Source: an uncultured Acidobacteriota bacterium (GTDB lineage Bacteria > Acidobacteriota > UBA6911). Taken from it: a DNA stretch of 64,000 bases. Below the pieces are notes generated by a model. The model was not told the DNA's origin, did not search any database, and saw only the letters and a list, made by a program, of their open reading frames with translations. The DNA lies in NCBI GenBank assembly GCA_963809485.1, contig CAWEJX010000001.1, positions 288,001-352,000 of the forward strand, in the 5' to 3' direction. Shown in pieces: positions 22,111 to 32,223 of the stretch; position 1 is the first letter of the stretch, and each line of letters opens with the position of its first letter. A program made the translations under genes and the position numbers.

Positions 22111-23523
22111 CTATACGGCGACTTTGATGCTGTTCCTGGAAAGCTCTTTCGCCCGGTACATGGCTGCGTCCGCTTTCTTGATCAATCCTTCAGCTGTGAG
22201 TGTGTGTTTCGGACAATTTGCCACGCCGAGACTCACGGTTAGGCGTATGCTCAAATTGTGGGCAATGAACTCGCACTCTTCCACCTTCTTCCGGATCCGC
22301 TCGGCTATAACCATCGCCCCATTCAAAGGGGTTTCCGGCAGAACAATCACAAATTCGTCTCCTCCATATCTTCCGACCACATCGGATTCGCGCACTATCC
22401 TTCGGAAAACCTGTCCCATCTCCGCGAGGGCTTGACTCCCGACGAGGTGTCCGAAGGTATCGTTGATCCTCTTAAACCCATCTACATCAATGAACAGCAG
22501 CGATACTTTTTTCCTGTAGCGGAGACAACGCTTAACCTCAGATTCAAGATATTGCATCAGATAGCGGTAATTGTAAAGCTTTGTTAAATCGTCGGTTATG
22601 GTAAGCCGTTCCGCGTCTTCAAACATGTCCACGGTCCGGATGGCAATCGAGAGTGGATTGGCGATCATTTCGATAAGCGCCTGGTCCTCCTGAGTGAAGG
22701 CGCCGGTGATCTTGTTGATGAGCTCGACGACCCCGATTTTCTGCCCCCTGCGATGCAGGGGATAGCAGAGAATCGACCGAATAAAAATGCTTTCTTTGCT
22801 GAAGGGGACCTTCAACTCAAACGAATAATTGTTGTTAAGATAGGGCGTTCCGCTGTTCATTACTTTTTCTATAATGGAAACGTTGGCCTGTTGCTCGAAT
22901 AGATCGATATCCTTGATGTTGCCGGTGCTGTAGGCCCTTTGCAGGGTCGTACACCCCTCCCCATAGAGGTAAAGCACGCATTCCTCGGCTTGAACATGCG
23001 AAAGGATCTTGTTGATAAGCAGGCTCATGCCCAGCTTGCGGTCCAGAACGTCCGAAGAAGATTCAACCGTATTCACAAAAGCGTCGAAAAACTCCTGTAT
23101 CTTCTCGGCGCGCCGCTGCACGAGCGCCAGCTCCCTGCGATGAGATCTGGCAAGATCAAAGCCCTCGAAAAGGCTGTGGGCAAGATAAAGGGGCATGGGC
23201 AACCGGACCGCTACAAATCCGTTCTCATCTCTTGACCAGCTCCGGGCCGGCGCTTTGTCCGAGTTCCGGTAACCGACAAGCTCAGCTCCGGGAAACATAT
23301 TGGAGAGATGGCGCTGAATCTCCGGAGCTTCATTATCCAGGGAAAACAGAACAGCCAGATATCCTTTCAGAGGCAAGATGGGACTGCGGAGGACCTCGTT
23401 TTCCGTGAAAAAATCAAATTTCCAGGGCATCCCCTGGAGCGGAGCATCCAGAACAAGCGCTGGCACCCGGTCCCTGTGAATAACCCCGATCCTGGACGGC
23501 TCAAGCATTCTAATTGTCCCCAT
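22111..23523 (-). CDS. GAF-domain diguanylate cyclase
   Basis: GAF domain (RSILCYPL..GVVELINK) followed by DDLTKLYN, DVDGFKRINDTFGH, RESD I-site and RYGGDEF. Start is uncertain (23508-23541). Confidence 0.9.
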   Translation of the reverse strand: MGTIRMLEPSRIGVIHRDRVPALVLDAPLQGMPWKFDFFTENEVLRSPILPLKGYLAVLFSLDNEAPEIQRHLSNMFPGAELVGYRNSDKAPARSWSRDENGFVAVRLPMPLYLAHSLFEGFDLARSHRRELALVQRRAEKIQEFFDAFVNTVESSSDVLDRKLGMSLLINKILSHVQAEECVLYLYGEGCTTLQRAYSTGNIKDIDLFEQQANVSIIEKVMNSGTPYLNNNYSFELKVPFSKESIFIRSILCYPLHRRGQKIGVVELINKITGAFTQEDQALIEMIANPLSIAIRTVDMFEDAERLTITDDLTKLYNYRYLMQYLESEVKRCLRYRKKVSLLFIDVDGFKRINDTFGHLVGSQALAEMGQVFRRIVRESDVVGRYGGDEFVIVLPETPLNGAMVIAERIRKKVEECEFIAHNLSIRLTVSLGVANCPKHTLTAEGLIKKADAAMYRAKELSRNSIKVAV

Positions 23524-24283
23524 CGTGCGGGTCAAAATCATGAGTGGCGGTCAGAGTGCGCTTCTTGCCTGCAAGATTGGTGGCCTTCATGACTATGAAG
23601 GCTTTTCGCCGGGAAGCAGGAAACGGGCTGGTAAAATGTTTAAAGGATCCGTCTCCTTCCACCTCAACCGCTATATCGTTCACCACCAGGCTGGTTCCGG
23701 CGTCCACTTTACCAATCAGCTCCAGACTTCGGCCAAAAGGAATTATGCGCTGCAGCTCCAGGTAGGGCTCCTCCCTACCGGCGCCCGCATGGCGGGGGAT
23801 GGCCTTATTCGCATTCCCCCCCGAATGGTTCCCCCCAAATGCCGAGGAGCCCGATGCCGCATTCCCCAAATCGGGAGGCGCGCTGATATCCATCTGGCTA
23901 TCTCCCGAGCTTCTAACAGTGAAAACCGTTTGTGCCGGAATGGACACGGTGCTTTCATTGGCATACTTGAGGTAAGCGCTTCCTCCAGGCACGGTTTGTA
24001 TGAGATCTCCTTCAACGAGATGGTCTCCTGCCTGGAGCTCCTGCCAGTCTGAACGGAACTGCCGGCGCACCCATACCGTACCGACCGCGGTGACAAGCTC
24101 GGCTGAGGAAGCCTTCACAGACTGATTCACAGTTTTCACTTTCGAATGCCGCGAGCTGAAATCCGGCATCCACCAAATGCCAGCGATTCCGGAGATGAGC
24201 AGAATTCCCAAAACCGCCCATATCCTCCACTTACGGCCTTCTGAAACAAAAGGATGCGAAGAATCGCTTCGGCTTTTCCACAT
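23510..24283 (-). CDS. Membrane-anchored FecR-like / Ig-like domain protein
   Basis: One TM segment, then GTVWVRR..W..L.EGDLIQT (FecR-like) and a C-terminal beta-rich domain. Probable start is ATG 24283. Confidence 0.6.
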   Translation of the reverse strand: MWKSRSDSSHPFVSEGRKWRIWAVLGILLISGIAGIWWMPDFSSRHSKVKTVNQSVKASSAELVTAVGTVWVRRQFRSDWQELQAGDHLVEGDLIQTVPGGSAYLKYANESTVSIPAQTVFTVRSSGDSQMDISAPPDLGNAASGSSAFGGNHSGGNANKAIPRHAGAGREEPYLELQRIIPFGRSLELIGKVDAGTSLVVNDIAVEVEGDGSFKHFTSPFPASRRKAFIVMKATNLAGKKRTLTATHDFDPHDGDN

Positions 24284-24563
24284 GTCCCGGCAACCGGCCA
24301 GCTTGTGGCCTATGATCTTCCTAGAGTAACAGCCGCTTGGGGCTGCATGAGAACCGGACACACTGCCCGCCTGATCACCGGCAACAGTGCTCTCCCCTTT
24401 CTCATCGGAAAAGCGAAGGGCATTTATTATATAATCTGGGCAGTAAATAGTAAAATAAAACAAATTAGAGCCTTCGTTAGGCCCGTCCTCCCCCCGGAAA
24501 TTCGCAATTTCGGATCCAGCCGATGGGCGAACGCATATCGCAAAGTGAAGCGAGCTTGGACCG

Positions 24564-24966
24564 AGTCAGGCACCTCCGGCAAAGCCGGAGGCTTGAAAGA
24601 TTTGAACCGCTCAAAGCGGTTGGAGGAGTTACGCCGGTCTTGAACGCGGACTTACGCGGGCAAAAGCCGATGAGGCGCTTCCGATCCCCGCAGGGGCCAG
24701 CGCTCCGCGCTGGACAGTTTTCTGCGGCGGCACTGTGGCAAGCGCCGTGAGGCAAGGAAATGAAGGGTACGAGAAACCGGGCATTTGCCACAGTGCCGCC
24801 GCAGAAAACTTCATCGGAAGCGCCTCATCGGCTTTTGCTCGCCGACCCTCGCCGAACAAATCGGCGTTTGTCAGCGCTTTTATCAGCGTTTCTCAGCGTT
24901 TCAAAATACAGAGCCGTCAAACTCTTTGAGTCCCCCGGCAGAGCCGGGGGTTTACCAATGTAATTA
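24564..24966. mobile_element. Non-autonomous IS200/IS605-like element (MITE-like), copy 1
   Basis: ~403 bp, near-identical to 28364-28767 and 57689-58091. Subterminal hairpins CCTCCGGC-AAA-GCCGGAGG, AACCGC-TCAAA-GCGGTT and CCCCCGGC-AGA-GCCGGGGG. No transposase, terminal inverted repeat or target-site duplication. Confidence 0.8.
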
Positions 24967-25212
24967 CCCAGACCGCATCAGAAGACACTCTGCTGCGCTG
25001 GACCGGACGCTCCTGCCGAAGCTGGCCTCATTTTTTCAAAACTGCGGTTGTCACGTGAAAGTTTTGGCAGAACCCGCGGCCACTATTTTCACTCTTTGCC
25101 GGTTCAAACATACCTTGACCGCACCCGGAATCCGGTATCCTGCATCTTCCATTGAATTCATGTGTTATACTTGCCGTTCCTATTTAAACCGGAATGGAGG
25201 CCACTTTTCCCT

Positions 25213-27135
25213 ATGCTGGACCTGATGCGCCGCAAAAAGCGGTTAAAAATCATTCTTTGGCTCGTAATATTCAGTTTAGCCCTCGGCATGCTGCTATTTT
25301 TTGTTCCAGGGGTCAACGTGGGAAGCGTGGCGACCGATACTACCGCAGCCACGGTCGACGGGCAGCCCATTCCAATTAAGGATTTTGTCAACACATACCG
25401 GAAAGTCGTTGAAAATTACAGCAACAACGGGAAAAACCAAACGGATCCCGAGACGCTTAAAGCCTTAGGCCTCACCAAACAGGTGATGGATAACCTTGTT
25501 ACCGGAAAGATTGTCGAAGTAATAGCCAAACGTCTCGGCATTGAGGTCACGCCCAACGAAGTCCGCCAATCCATACAGACTCATCCGTCCTTGCAGGACC
25601 AGGGAAAATTCATCGGAGTTGAGCGTTACAAGGCTCTTCTTGCAGCCAACAATCTCTCCGTCACTGAGTTCGAGGAAGATGTGCGATATATGAGGCTGGC
25701 GAAGAAGGTTGGCGAAATTATCACCGACTCGCTGGATGTGGGTGAAAAAGAGCTGCGCGATGAGTTCGCGCGCAGCAACCAATCGGCCCAGGTGGATTTT
25801 ATAGTCCTGAAGAAAGAGGACTATAAAAAACGCCTCAAGCCCTCCGAAGACGATCTGAAAGCTTATTTCGACGCGCACAAGGAATCCTATCGTGTCAAGG
25901 AAAAGCGCCGCATCCAGTACCTTATGGTGGATGCTACGCGGCTGATGCCATCCATCAAAGTGACCGAACAGGAAATACTTCAGGAATGGAATCAAACGCC
26001 GCACCAGGACACTGTGGATGCATCCCATATCTTGTTCCGAATTGCGGATCCCGCCAAAGAAAGTGAAGTGAAGGCCAGGGCCGAGGCGGTCTTAAAGCAG
26101 GCCAAGGAAGGGAAGGATTTTGCCGATCTGGCCAAGAAACATTCCGAGGACACGGGTTCTGCCGCAGAGGGCGGCTATCTTGGGCCCTTCCAGCGAGGGC
26201 AAATGATCAAGGAGTTCGAGGATGCCGCTTTTTCACTCAAGGCGGGCGAGATATCCGGCCTGGTCAAGACCGATTACGGCTATCACATTATCAGAGTATT
26301 GCGTCACGAGACTCCGACTCTTGAATCCAGACGGAATAACCTGGCAATGTCGGTGCAGTATAAAAAAGCTCGCGAACTGGCCCAACAAAAGGCAGAAGAG
26401 GCCGCGAGGCTCGCCGAAAAGAGCAAAGACTTGGGACTTGCGGCGAAGAATCTGGGAATCGAAACCGAGATCAAAGAGACCGGTTTGTTTGCAAACGACG
26501 AGGGTGCCTTCCAAATCGGCATTTCGCAGGCCATGCGGGATTATGTTTTCCAAATGAAGGAGATCAATTCCACCGGCAAGGCTTTGGAGAATTCCTCGGG
26601 ATATGCGGTTCCGAAGCTGCTTGAGGTCCAGATGCCGAAACCCGGCAATTTCACAGACGCGAAAAGCCAGGTTGAAAAGGACTATCTGGATTTCAAGGCC
26701 AATGAGCTTGTACAGGCTGACGCCAAAAGGATTTCCGAAGACGCGATCCGGCAGGGGAGCCTGGATATTGCAGCCAAAGCCATGGGATTGGGCGTCAAAG
26801 CGAGCCGCCCGTTCAAATTCTCAGAATCCCCCGATCCTGACATCGGCACGAATTCGGCCTTCAATTCAGCCGCTTTCGAGCTGGCGCCGGGTGCGGTGAG
26901 TCCTCCCATTTCGCTGCTGGAGAACTCCGCCGTTCTCCAGGTCAAGTCCCGGACTGCTATTGACGAGCAGGCATTCCAGAAAGAAAGGCCGGAACTGCGG
27001 AAAAAGCTTCTCCAGGCAAAACAGGAACCCTATTTCCAGGACTATGTCCGCAAGGTTACGGAGGAGTTGGAAAAGGCCGGCAAGATTCGTATCAATCCCA
27101 AAGCCCTTGAGATGTCGCAGACTGGATATTACTGA
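25213..27135 (+). CDS. PpiD/SurA-like parvulin peptidyl-prolyl isomerase
   Basis: GGAGG RBS, N-terminal TM anchor, SurA_N region, rotamase motifs ASHILF..FADLAKKHSED..GGYLG..EFEDAAF..GYHII. Confidence 0.9.
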   Translation: MLDLMRRKKRLKIILWLVIFSLALGMLLFFVPGVNVGSVATDTTAATVDGQPIPIKDFVNTYRKVVENYSNNGKNQTDPETLKALGLTKQVMDNLVTGKIVEVIAKRLGIEVTPNEVRQSIQTHPSLQDQGKFIGVERYKALLAANNLSVTEFEEDVRYMRLAKKVGEIITDSLDVGEKELRDEFARSNQSAQVDFIVLKKEDYKKRLKPSEDDLKAYFDAHKESYRVKEKRRIQYLMVDATRLMPSIKVTEQEILQEWNQTPHQDTVDASHILFRIADPAKESEVKARAEAVLKQAKEGKDFADLAKKHSEDTGSAAEGGYLGPFQRGQMIKEFEDAAFSLKAGEISGLVKTDYGYHIIRVLRHETPTLESRRNNLAMSVQYKKARELAQQKAEEAARLAEKSKDLGLAAKNLGIETEIKETGLFANDEGAFQIGISQAMRDYVFQMKEINSTGKALENSSGYAVPKLLEVQMPKPGNFTDAKSQVEKDYLDFKANELVQADAKRISEDAIRQGSLDIAAKAMGLGVKASRPFKFSESPDPDIGTNSAFNSAAFELAPGAVSPPISLLENSAVLQVKSRTAIDEQAFQKERPELRKKLLQAKQEPYFQDYVRKVTEELEKAGKIRINPKALEMSQTGYY

Positions 27136-27419
27136 GCTTCGCTGCAGGGCAGGCATCCATCGGCAGAGCCGTTGGCTGGATCACTGCGGGATCCTCAATG
27201 GAGACTGATCGCGGCCGATAAAACACATAAAAGTTTGGTGCGCCAAAAATACCTTCAGGCATTTTGAACTGCAGAATTTCGAAGTGCTGCGGCTCGACAT
27301 TCGATATCCAAAATTCAGAACATTAGTCTACTTGGCAGAGAACACAGGCAGGGGGCCTGCTCCGGTGTTTGTCAGACCGATGCTGCTTCATCGGAAGAGC
27401 CTGTGGATCTCCCGATGGA

Positions 27420-28130
27420 TCAGGATTCGTGCAGGCTGCCGGCGGCTTCCGGCGCTGCAAGGGACTTGGATGCAGGCGAGGCCTCGGCGACGCGCGGGCC
27501 TGATGGATACGGCTGAGCCTTTTTGCAGAGGGCGAGCGCATACTCATGCAATCTCTCAACAACATCAATGACCTGTTTGAGCTCCACATATACCCGGTCG
27601 ATATCGGCCCGGATTTTTGCAGGGCATGCCGCATTCATGGTAAGCAATTGCGTAAATCCCATCATCACGGCAAGGGGATTATTCAGTTCGTGGCAGATGG
27701 ATCTCAAACAGGCCGAGACCTCCGCAAGGCCTGAATTGTCGCCGCTATCCGGCGACCGCATTATCCCGGTGCTGGAAATCAGCAGGTATCCCGCCACCTG
27801 ATTTTCCTGGCTCAGCAGTGTGGATAAAGCCCCAACCACCTCGATGGGCTTTCCTTCACGCGATTGGTAAACAAGGCCTCCCTCCCAATAGCCCCATTTC
27901 CCTGCAGCGTCCAGTATTTGCGGCAGCTCGAAAGCTGTGTCATCCGCCAGGATTTGAGTAACCGGCCGGTGAAACAGTTCCTGCGGAGTGTAACCCAGAG
28001 TGTTTGCAGCGCGGCTTGATATGGACTTTATTTGATATTCGGGAGATAGAGTGATTGCCAGCCATTGTGATGATCCCCCGACTGATTCGAGCATGCCATC
28101 CATATTGTTGCTTCCTATCGTCATTTTCAC
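27420..28130 (-). CDS. PAS + HisKA domain protein lacking the HATPase domain
   Basis: PAS (LGYTPQELFHRP, WEG.L..REGKPIEV), H-box HELNNPLAVMMGF, then ends without N/G boxes. Confidence 0.75.
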   Translation of the reverse strand: MKMTIGSNNMDGMLESVGGSSQWLAITLSPEYQIKSISSRAANTLGYTPQELFHRPVTQILADDTAFELPQILDAAGKWGYWEGGLVYQSREGKPIEVVGALSTLLSQENQVAGYLLISSTGIMRSPDSGDNSGLAEVSACLRSICHELNNPLAVMMGFTQLLTMNAACPAKIRADIDRVYVELKQVIDVVERLHEYALALCKKAQPYPSGPRVAEASPASKSLAAPEAAGSLHES

Positions 28131-28363
28131 CGTTGTGAGTTAAACAATTTGCACAGAGCGCGCATATCATCGGGCTGGACAGGCGGCACCTTGACCGGTA
28201 CCATCCCGGCTGGGGCTGTTTTCCTGTCGGACAGTTCCGGAGGAAAGATAGGGTGAATTCGCACAGGAGCCTCGCTTGCGCGCTCCATTAGGACCGGCAG
28301 CTGGATCCTGCCTGAAATCGCCATCCGGCCTTTCTCAACAGGATTAGTTGGTGACATGGATAC

Positions 28364-28767
28364 AGTTAGGTACCTCCGGCAAAGCCGGAGGCTTGAAAGA
28401 TTTGAACCGCTCAAAGCGGTTGGACTAGTTACGCCGGTCTTGAACGCTGACTTACGCGGGCAAAAGCCGATGAGGCGCTTCCGATCCCCGCAGGGGCCAG
28501 CGCTCCGCGCTGGACAGTTTTCTGCGGCGGCACTGTGGCAAGCGCCGTGCGGCAAGGAGACGAAGGGTATGAGAAACCGGGCGTTTGCCACAGTGCCGCC
28601 GCAGAAAACTCCATCGGAAGCGCCTCATCGGCTTTTGCTCGCCGATCCTCGCCGAACAAATCGGCGTTTGTCAGCGCTTTTATCAGCGTATGTCAGCGTT
28701 TCAAAATACGGAGCTGTCAAACTCTTTGAGTCCCCCGGCAAAGCCCGGGGGTTTACCAATGTAATTA
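28364..28767. mobile_element. Non-autonomous IS200/IS605-like element, copy 2
   Basis: Direct repeat of 24564-24966 with scattered substitutions. Confidence 0.8.
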
Positions 28768-28871
28768 TGGCCTTATTGACCCATTCTGGTTGCGCATCGC
28801 GCAGCGACGTATAGCGATCGGATCTGCGGCTGGCTACGCATCAGGATCCGCAGGGCAGGGGGAGGATAAAT

Positions 28872-29675
28872 ATGACAAACGCCAGGATGCTGTGGCGGGA
28901 CATTCAAAGGATACGCGAGGAAGCGCCTCTGATTCATAACATCACCAACTACGTGGTCATGAATACCACCGCAAATGCGCTCCTTGCCATCGGGGCATCT
29001 CCCATCATGGCCCACGCCATTGAGGAGGTCGAAGACATAGTCCGGGCAGCCGGCGCCCTGGTTCTCAATATCGGGACGCTGAGCCCTCCCTGGGTGGACG
29101 CCATGATCAGAGCCGGCCGGGAAGCCAGCCGCAGAAATATCCCCGTCGTTCTTGATCCGGTCGGCAGCGGCGCGACACAGTTTCGAACCTCGACCGCGCA
29201 GAGTTTGATCCGTGAAGCGGCTCCCACGTTTATCCGCGGCAATGCATCGGAAATCAGATCCCTTATACTTTCCGAACAGGCCACTAAGGGCGTGGAAAGC
29301 ATCCATTCATCGGACGAAACGGTTGACGCGGCTCGATCTCTTTCTAGGAATTGCCGTTGTGTCGTCTCGGTGAGCGGCGCAACGGACATAGTTGTCGCAG
29401 GGACCTCGAACTTCAGGATTTCAAATGGACACCCTATGATGGCCAAAGTCACCGGCCTCGGGTGTACCGCATCGTCTATGACCGCAGCGTTTGCCGCCGT
29501 GAACTCGTCGCATTTGAGGGCAGCGGCGCACGCGATGGCTCTTATGGGTATTGCGGGAGAAATGGCGGCTGAACGCTCTGAGGGCCCGGGGAGTCTCCAA
29601 ATGCACTTCCTGGATGCCCTTTACCTCATTCAGGAATCCGATATCGAGCAGCGGTTGCGGATGGAATCTTCTTGA
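28872..29675 (+). CDS. thiM: Hydroxyethylthiazole kinase
   Basis: PLIHNITNYVVMNTTANALLAIGASPIMA, LDPVGSGAT, RGNASEI, VTGLGC. Confidence 0.96.
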   Translation: MTNARMLWRDIQRIREEAPLIHNITNYVVMNTTANALLAIGASPIMAHAIEEVEDIVRAAGALVLNIGTLSPPWVDAMIRAGREASRRNIPVVLDPVGSGATQFRTSTAQSLIREAAPTFIRGNASEIRSLILSEQATKGVESIHSSDETVDAARSLSRNCRCVVSVSGATDIVVAGTSNFRISNGHPMMAKVTGLGCTASSMTAAFAAVNSSHLRAAAHAMALMGIAGEMAAERSEGPGSLQMHFLDALYLIQESDIEQRLRMESS

Positions 29676-29786
29676 GCTGGAAACCCGGAAACGGGTTCGG
29701 GTAAGGTTCCTGCGAACCATATCAAAGATCGCGCCGGAGCATTCCCCGGCTTAAGCCCGCCCTCAACCGGATTTTTCCGAAGAATT

Positions 29787-30563
29787 TCACAGGGACTTGT
29801 CTGCATTCATGGTACAGATGATCCGAAGGCCGTCGAGAGTCAGCCAGGGCGCGATAATTGAGATGACGTCCGTCTCTCGAGCGATGATTTCCGCCAGGCC
29901 GCCCGTGGCTATGACTTTGGTCGCGGGACCCAGCTCCGCGCAAAAGCGCGCCACCATGCCTTCAACAAGCCCGACGTAGCCGAAAAGGATCCCCGATTGG
30001 AGCGAGTGAACCATGTTTTTCCCTATCGGCGACGGCGGCCGGTGCAGATCTACCTTGGGCAGCTTGGCAGCGCGTTCAAATAGAGCCTCTGCGGCAATCC
30101 CAATGCCGGGAGCGATGGCTCCCCCGAGATAATCCCCCTCCGGCGAAATCGCGTCGAAGGTGGTGGCCGTCCCGAAATCGATGATGCAGGCCGGGCCGCC
30201 ATAAAGCATGTAGGCTGCCGCAGCATCCACGACTCTGTCGGCACCGACCTGCCCCGGATCATCATACAGCACGCGCACTCCGGTGCGGCTGGTTCCCTCT
30301 ATCACGAGCGGTTCGGATTGAAAATATCGCCTGCATGCTTCCGCCACCAATCCGGTGAGAGGCGGTACGACCGAGGCAATGGCAACCGAGTCGACATCAG
30401 CGGCGGAATAACCGGCATGCCGGATAAGGGCCGACATCAAAAGACCGTATTCGTCCGGCATTTTGTCATGGCCCGTGGCCAGGCGCCAACGCGGCCCCAG
30501 TCTCTCTCCCTGGTACAGACCCAGAGTGATATTTGTATTCCCGATATCAACGGCCAAAAACAT
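29787..30563 (-). CDS. coaX: Type III pantothenate kinase
   Basis: VDIGNTN, SVVP, GADR, IDFGTATT, GGAIAPG, ATGG. Confidence 0.96.
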   Translation of the reverse strand: MFLAVDIGNTNITLGLYQGERLGPRWRLATGHDKMPDEYGLLMSALIRHAGYSAADVDSVAIASVVPPLTGLVAEACRRYFQSEPLVIEGTSRTGVRVLYDDPGQVGADRVVDAAAAYMLYGGPACIIDFGTATTFDAISPEGDYLGGAIAPGIGIAAEALFERAAKLPKVDLHRPPSPIGKNMVHSLQSGILFGYVGLVEGMVARFCAELGPATKVIATGGLAEIIARETDVISIIAPWLTLDGLRIICTMNADKSL

Positions 30564-30575
30564 GATTGCATTCCA

Positions 30576-30610
30576 AATTACGAACTATGAATGACGAATT
30601 ACGAATTGAA
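30576..30610. repeat. Degenerate heptamer tandem repeat (AATTACG-like x5)
   Basis: aattacg aactatg aatgacg aattacg aattgaa. Confidence 0.6.
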
Positions 30611-30689
30611 GCCTGCTCACCTGACCTTTGGCGAAAACCCTACTGATCGCCTGACACTTAATCGATGCCAATTCGACCTTCGCAATCCC

Positions 30690-30884
30690 TCATTCGGCAG
30701 GAGCGGGAGTCCCTGCGGCATCAAAGCCCCCTGTACCGCGGCAGTTCTGGCATTTCCCGCTGCCATGGGGGTAGCATGAAGTGCACACTTTTCCCTTCTG
30801 CAATGCCAGCCGTCCGGTTCCATGACAGGCATGGCATTTACCGGACCCTTTGCAGTGGGAGCATTTTCGACGAGATTCCGGCAT
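30690..30884 (-). CDS. Small DnaJ-type zinc-finger (CxxCxGxG x4) protein
   Basis: AGGAGG RBS; CSHCKGSG, CHACHGTG, CTSCYPHGSG, CQNCRGTG. Confidence 0.8.
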   Translation of the reverse strand: MPESRRKCSHCKGSGKCHACHGTGRLALQKGKVCTSCYPHGSGKCQNCRGTGGFDAAGTPAPAE

Positions 30885-30921
30885 TATGAAAACCTCCTAT
30901 AGCAGACTTGCTCATGCAAAA

Positions 30922-31743
30922 CTACCGCTGGCATTCCGGGCAATAAAATGTACTCCTATTGCCCTGACGCATTCTCTTTATGCATGACCGGCAGCGGACA
31001 CACGGTTGTTGCTCTCTTTGAAAGACCTTGAGATATTTCTGGTTTTCCCCCGGTCTGCCGTTCGAATCCAGAAAATCCGAGAAGCTTGTCCCATGGTTAC
31101 GGATTGCCAGCCTTAACACCGCCTGTATTGAGCGAACCAGCCGGGCGGTTTCCTCGCAGGTGAGAGTCATACAGCGGCGAGCCGGATGTAGCCGCGCCAG
31201 GAACAATGCCTCGCATACGTAAATGTTGCCAAGACCGGCAATCTTGCTCTGGTCAAGCAGGAAGGACTTGATATCCTGACGGCTTTTCTGAAGCAGCGGC
31301 CGGAACCACCTGCTATGGAATCCGCCGCTCAGCGGATCTTTCCCCAGGGCTCTGAGTTCCGGGATATGGCCCGAATGAGTCACTTCATAGACAGCCAGCA
31401 GGCCGAAGCGGCGAGGGTCGCGATATACCAGGCACGTAGAGTCGGCAAATCGAACCATAGCATGTACATGCCGGACCATCTCCTGGGCAGTGGACCGATA
31501 AAGCAACCTTCCGCTCATGCCCAGGTGGATAATCCAGAAGGCTTTCGGCTCCAGTTCCAGGATCAGGTATTTCCCACGCCGCACAACTTCGCGTATTGCA
31601 CGCCCGCCGAGGCTCGCCGCAAACAAATCGGAAATCGGCTTTCGCAGCGACAGGCCGGAAACCTGAACTTCAGAGATGCGCTTCCCGACCACTGCCGTTC
31701 TCAGCATTCGCGCCAAGGTTTCAACTTCCGGCATTTCAGGCAT
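30922..31743 (-). CDS. mutM: Formamidopyrimidine-DNA glycosylase
   Basis: MPEMPEVE, RRGKY, HLGMSG, GLGNIY, C-terminal Zn finger. Confidence 0.96.
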   Translation of the reverse strand: MPEMPEVETLARMLRTAVVGKRISEVQVSGLSLRKPISDLFAASLGGRAIREVVRRGKYLILELEPKAFWIIHLGMSGRLLYRSTAQEMVRHVHAMVRFADSTCLVYRDPRRFGLLAVYEVTHSGHIPELRALGKDPLSGGFHSRWFRPLLQKSRQDIKSFLLDQSKIAGLGNIYVCEALFLARLHPARRCMTLTCEETARLVRSIQAVLRLAIRNHGTSFSDFLDSNGRPGENQKYLKVFQREQQPCVRCRSCIKRMRQGNRSTFYCPECQR

Positions 31744-31799
31744 TTTATTAGCCGAGGGGCGGCACCTGGAAGACTTGTGGACAGATTCGGAAAGCCGTT

Positions 31800-32165
31800 T
31801 TACAGGTCATCCGTGCCGGAACCGCCCGAGCCTCCTATTTCGCCGCCAGCAGCTTCCTGCGCCGCTTCTTCGGCCATCTGGTCGATGTCTTCGCCGCCGA
31901 AATCCTCCCCAAGCTCTTTACCCATCTTCTTCATCCAGCGGGCAACGCTGGAGGGATCGTTTTCATCCAGCCCGGAAAAATTCGAGGGATCCGCCAGGGA
32001 TTCGAGGCGGCTTTCTTCGGATTTGGGAGAGGCAAAACGGGAGAAGAGCTGCTCGAGATCCTCCCCTTTGCAGTACTTGCAGACAGGCCGGAAGGAATCA
32101 ACCGACATCACCAGAAAACTCATCTTCCGTCTGCATTTTTTGCAGGAATATTCATAGATAGGCAT
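31800..32165 (-). CDS. FmdB-family zinc-ribbon protein
   Basis: MPIYEYSCKKC..CKYC followed by an acidic tail. Confidence 0.88.
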   Translation of the reverse strand: MPIYEYSCKKCRRKMSFLVMSVDSFRPVCKYCKGEDLEQLFSRFASPKSEESRLESLADPSNFSGLDENDPSSVARWMKKMGKELGEDFGGEDIDQMAEEAAQEAAGGEIGGSGGSGTDDL

Positions 32166-32223
32166 GGCTGTTTCTCGCGCTATGGAGCATACAAAGTAAA
32201 TAGTTTACCAGAGACTGCGCAGC

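Noticed and set aside
24477-24963. ORFs inside the 403 bp repeats (also 28127-28814 and 57254-58101)
   Set aside because: They show no transposase or other recognisable motifs, their ends vary between copies, and they arise from GC-rich palindromic sequence.
24564-24966. CRISPR array or classical TIR-bounded MITE
   Set aside because: There is no repeat-spacer periodicity, no cas gene, no terminal inverted repeats and no target-site duplication.
28768-28871. TPP riboswitch upstream of thiM
   Set aside because: No CTGAGA or other TPP aptamer core is present, and only ~100 bp lie between the repeat element and the start codon.
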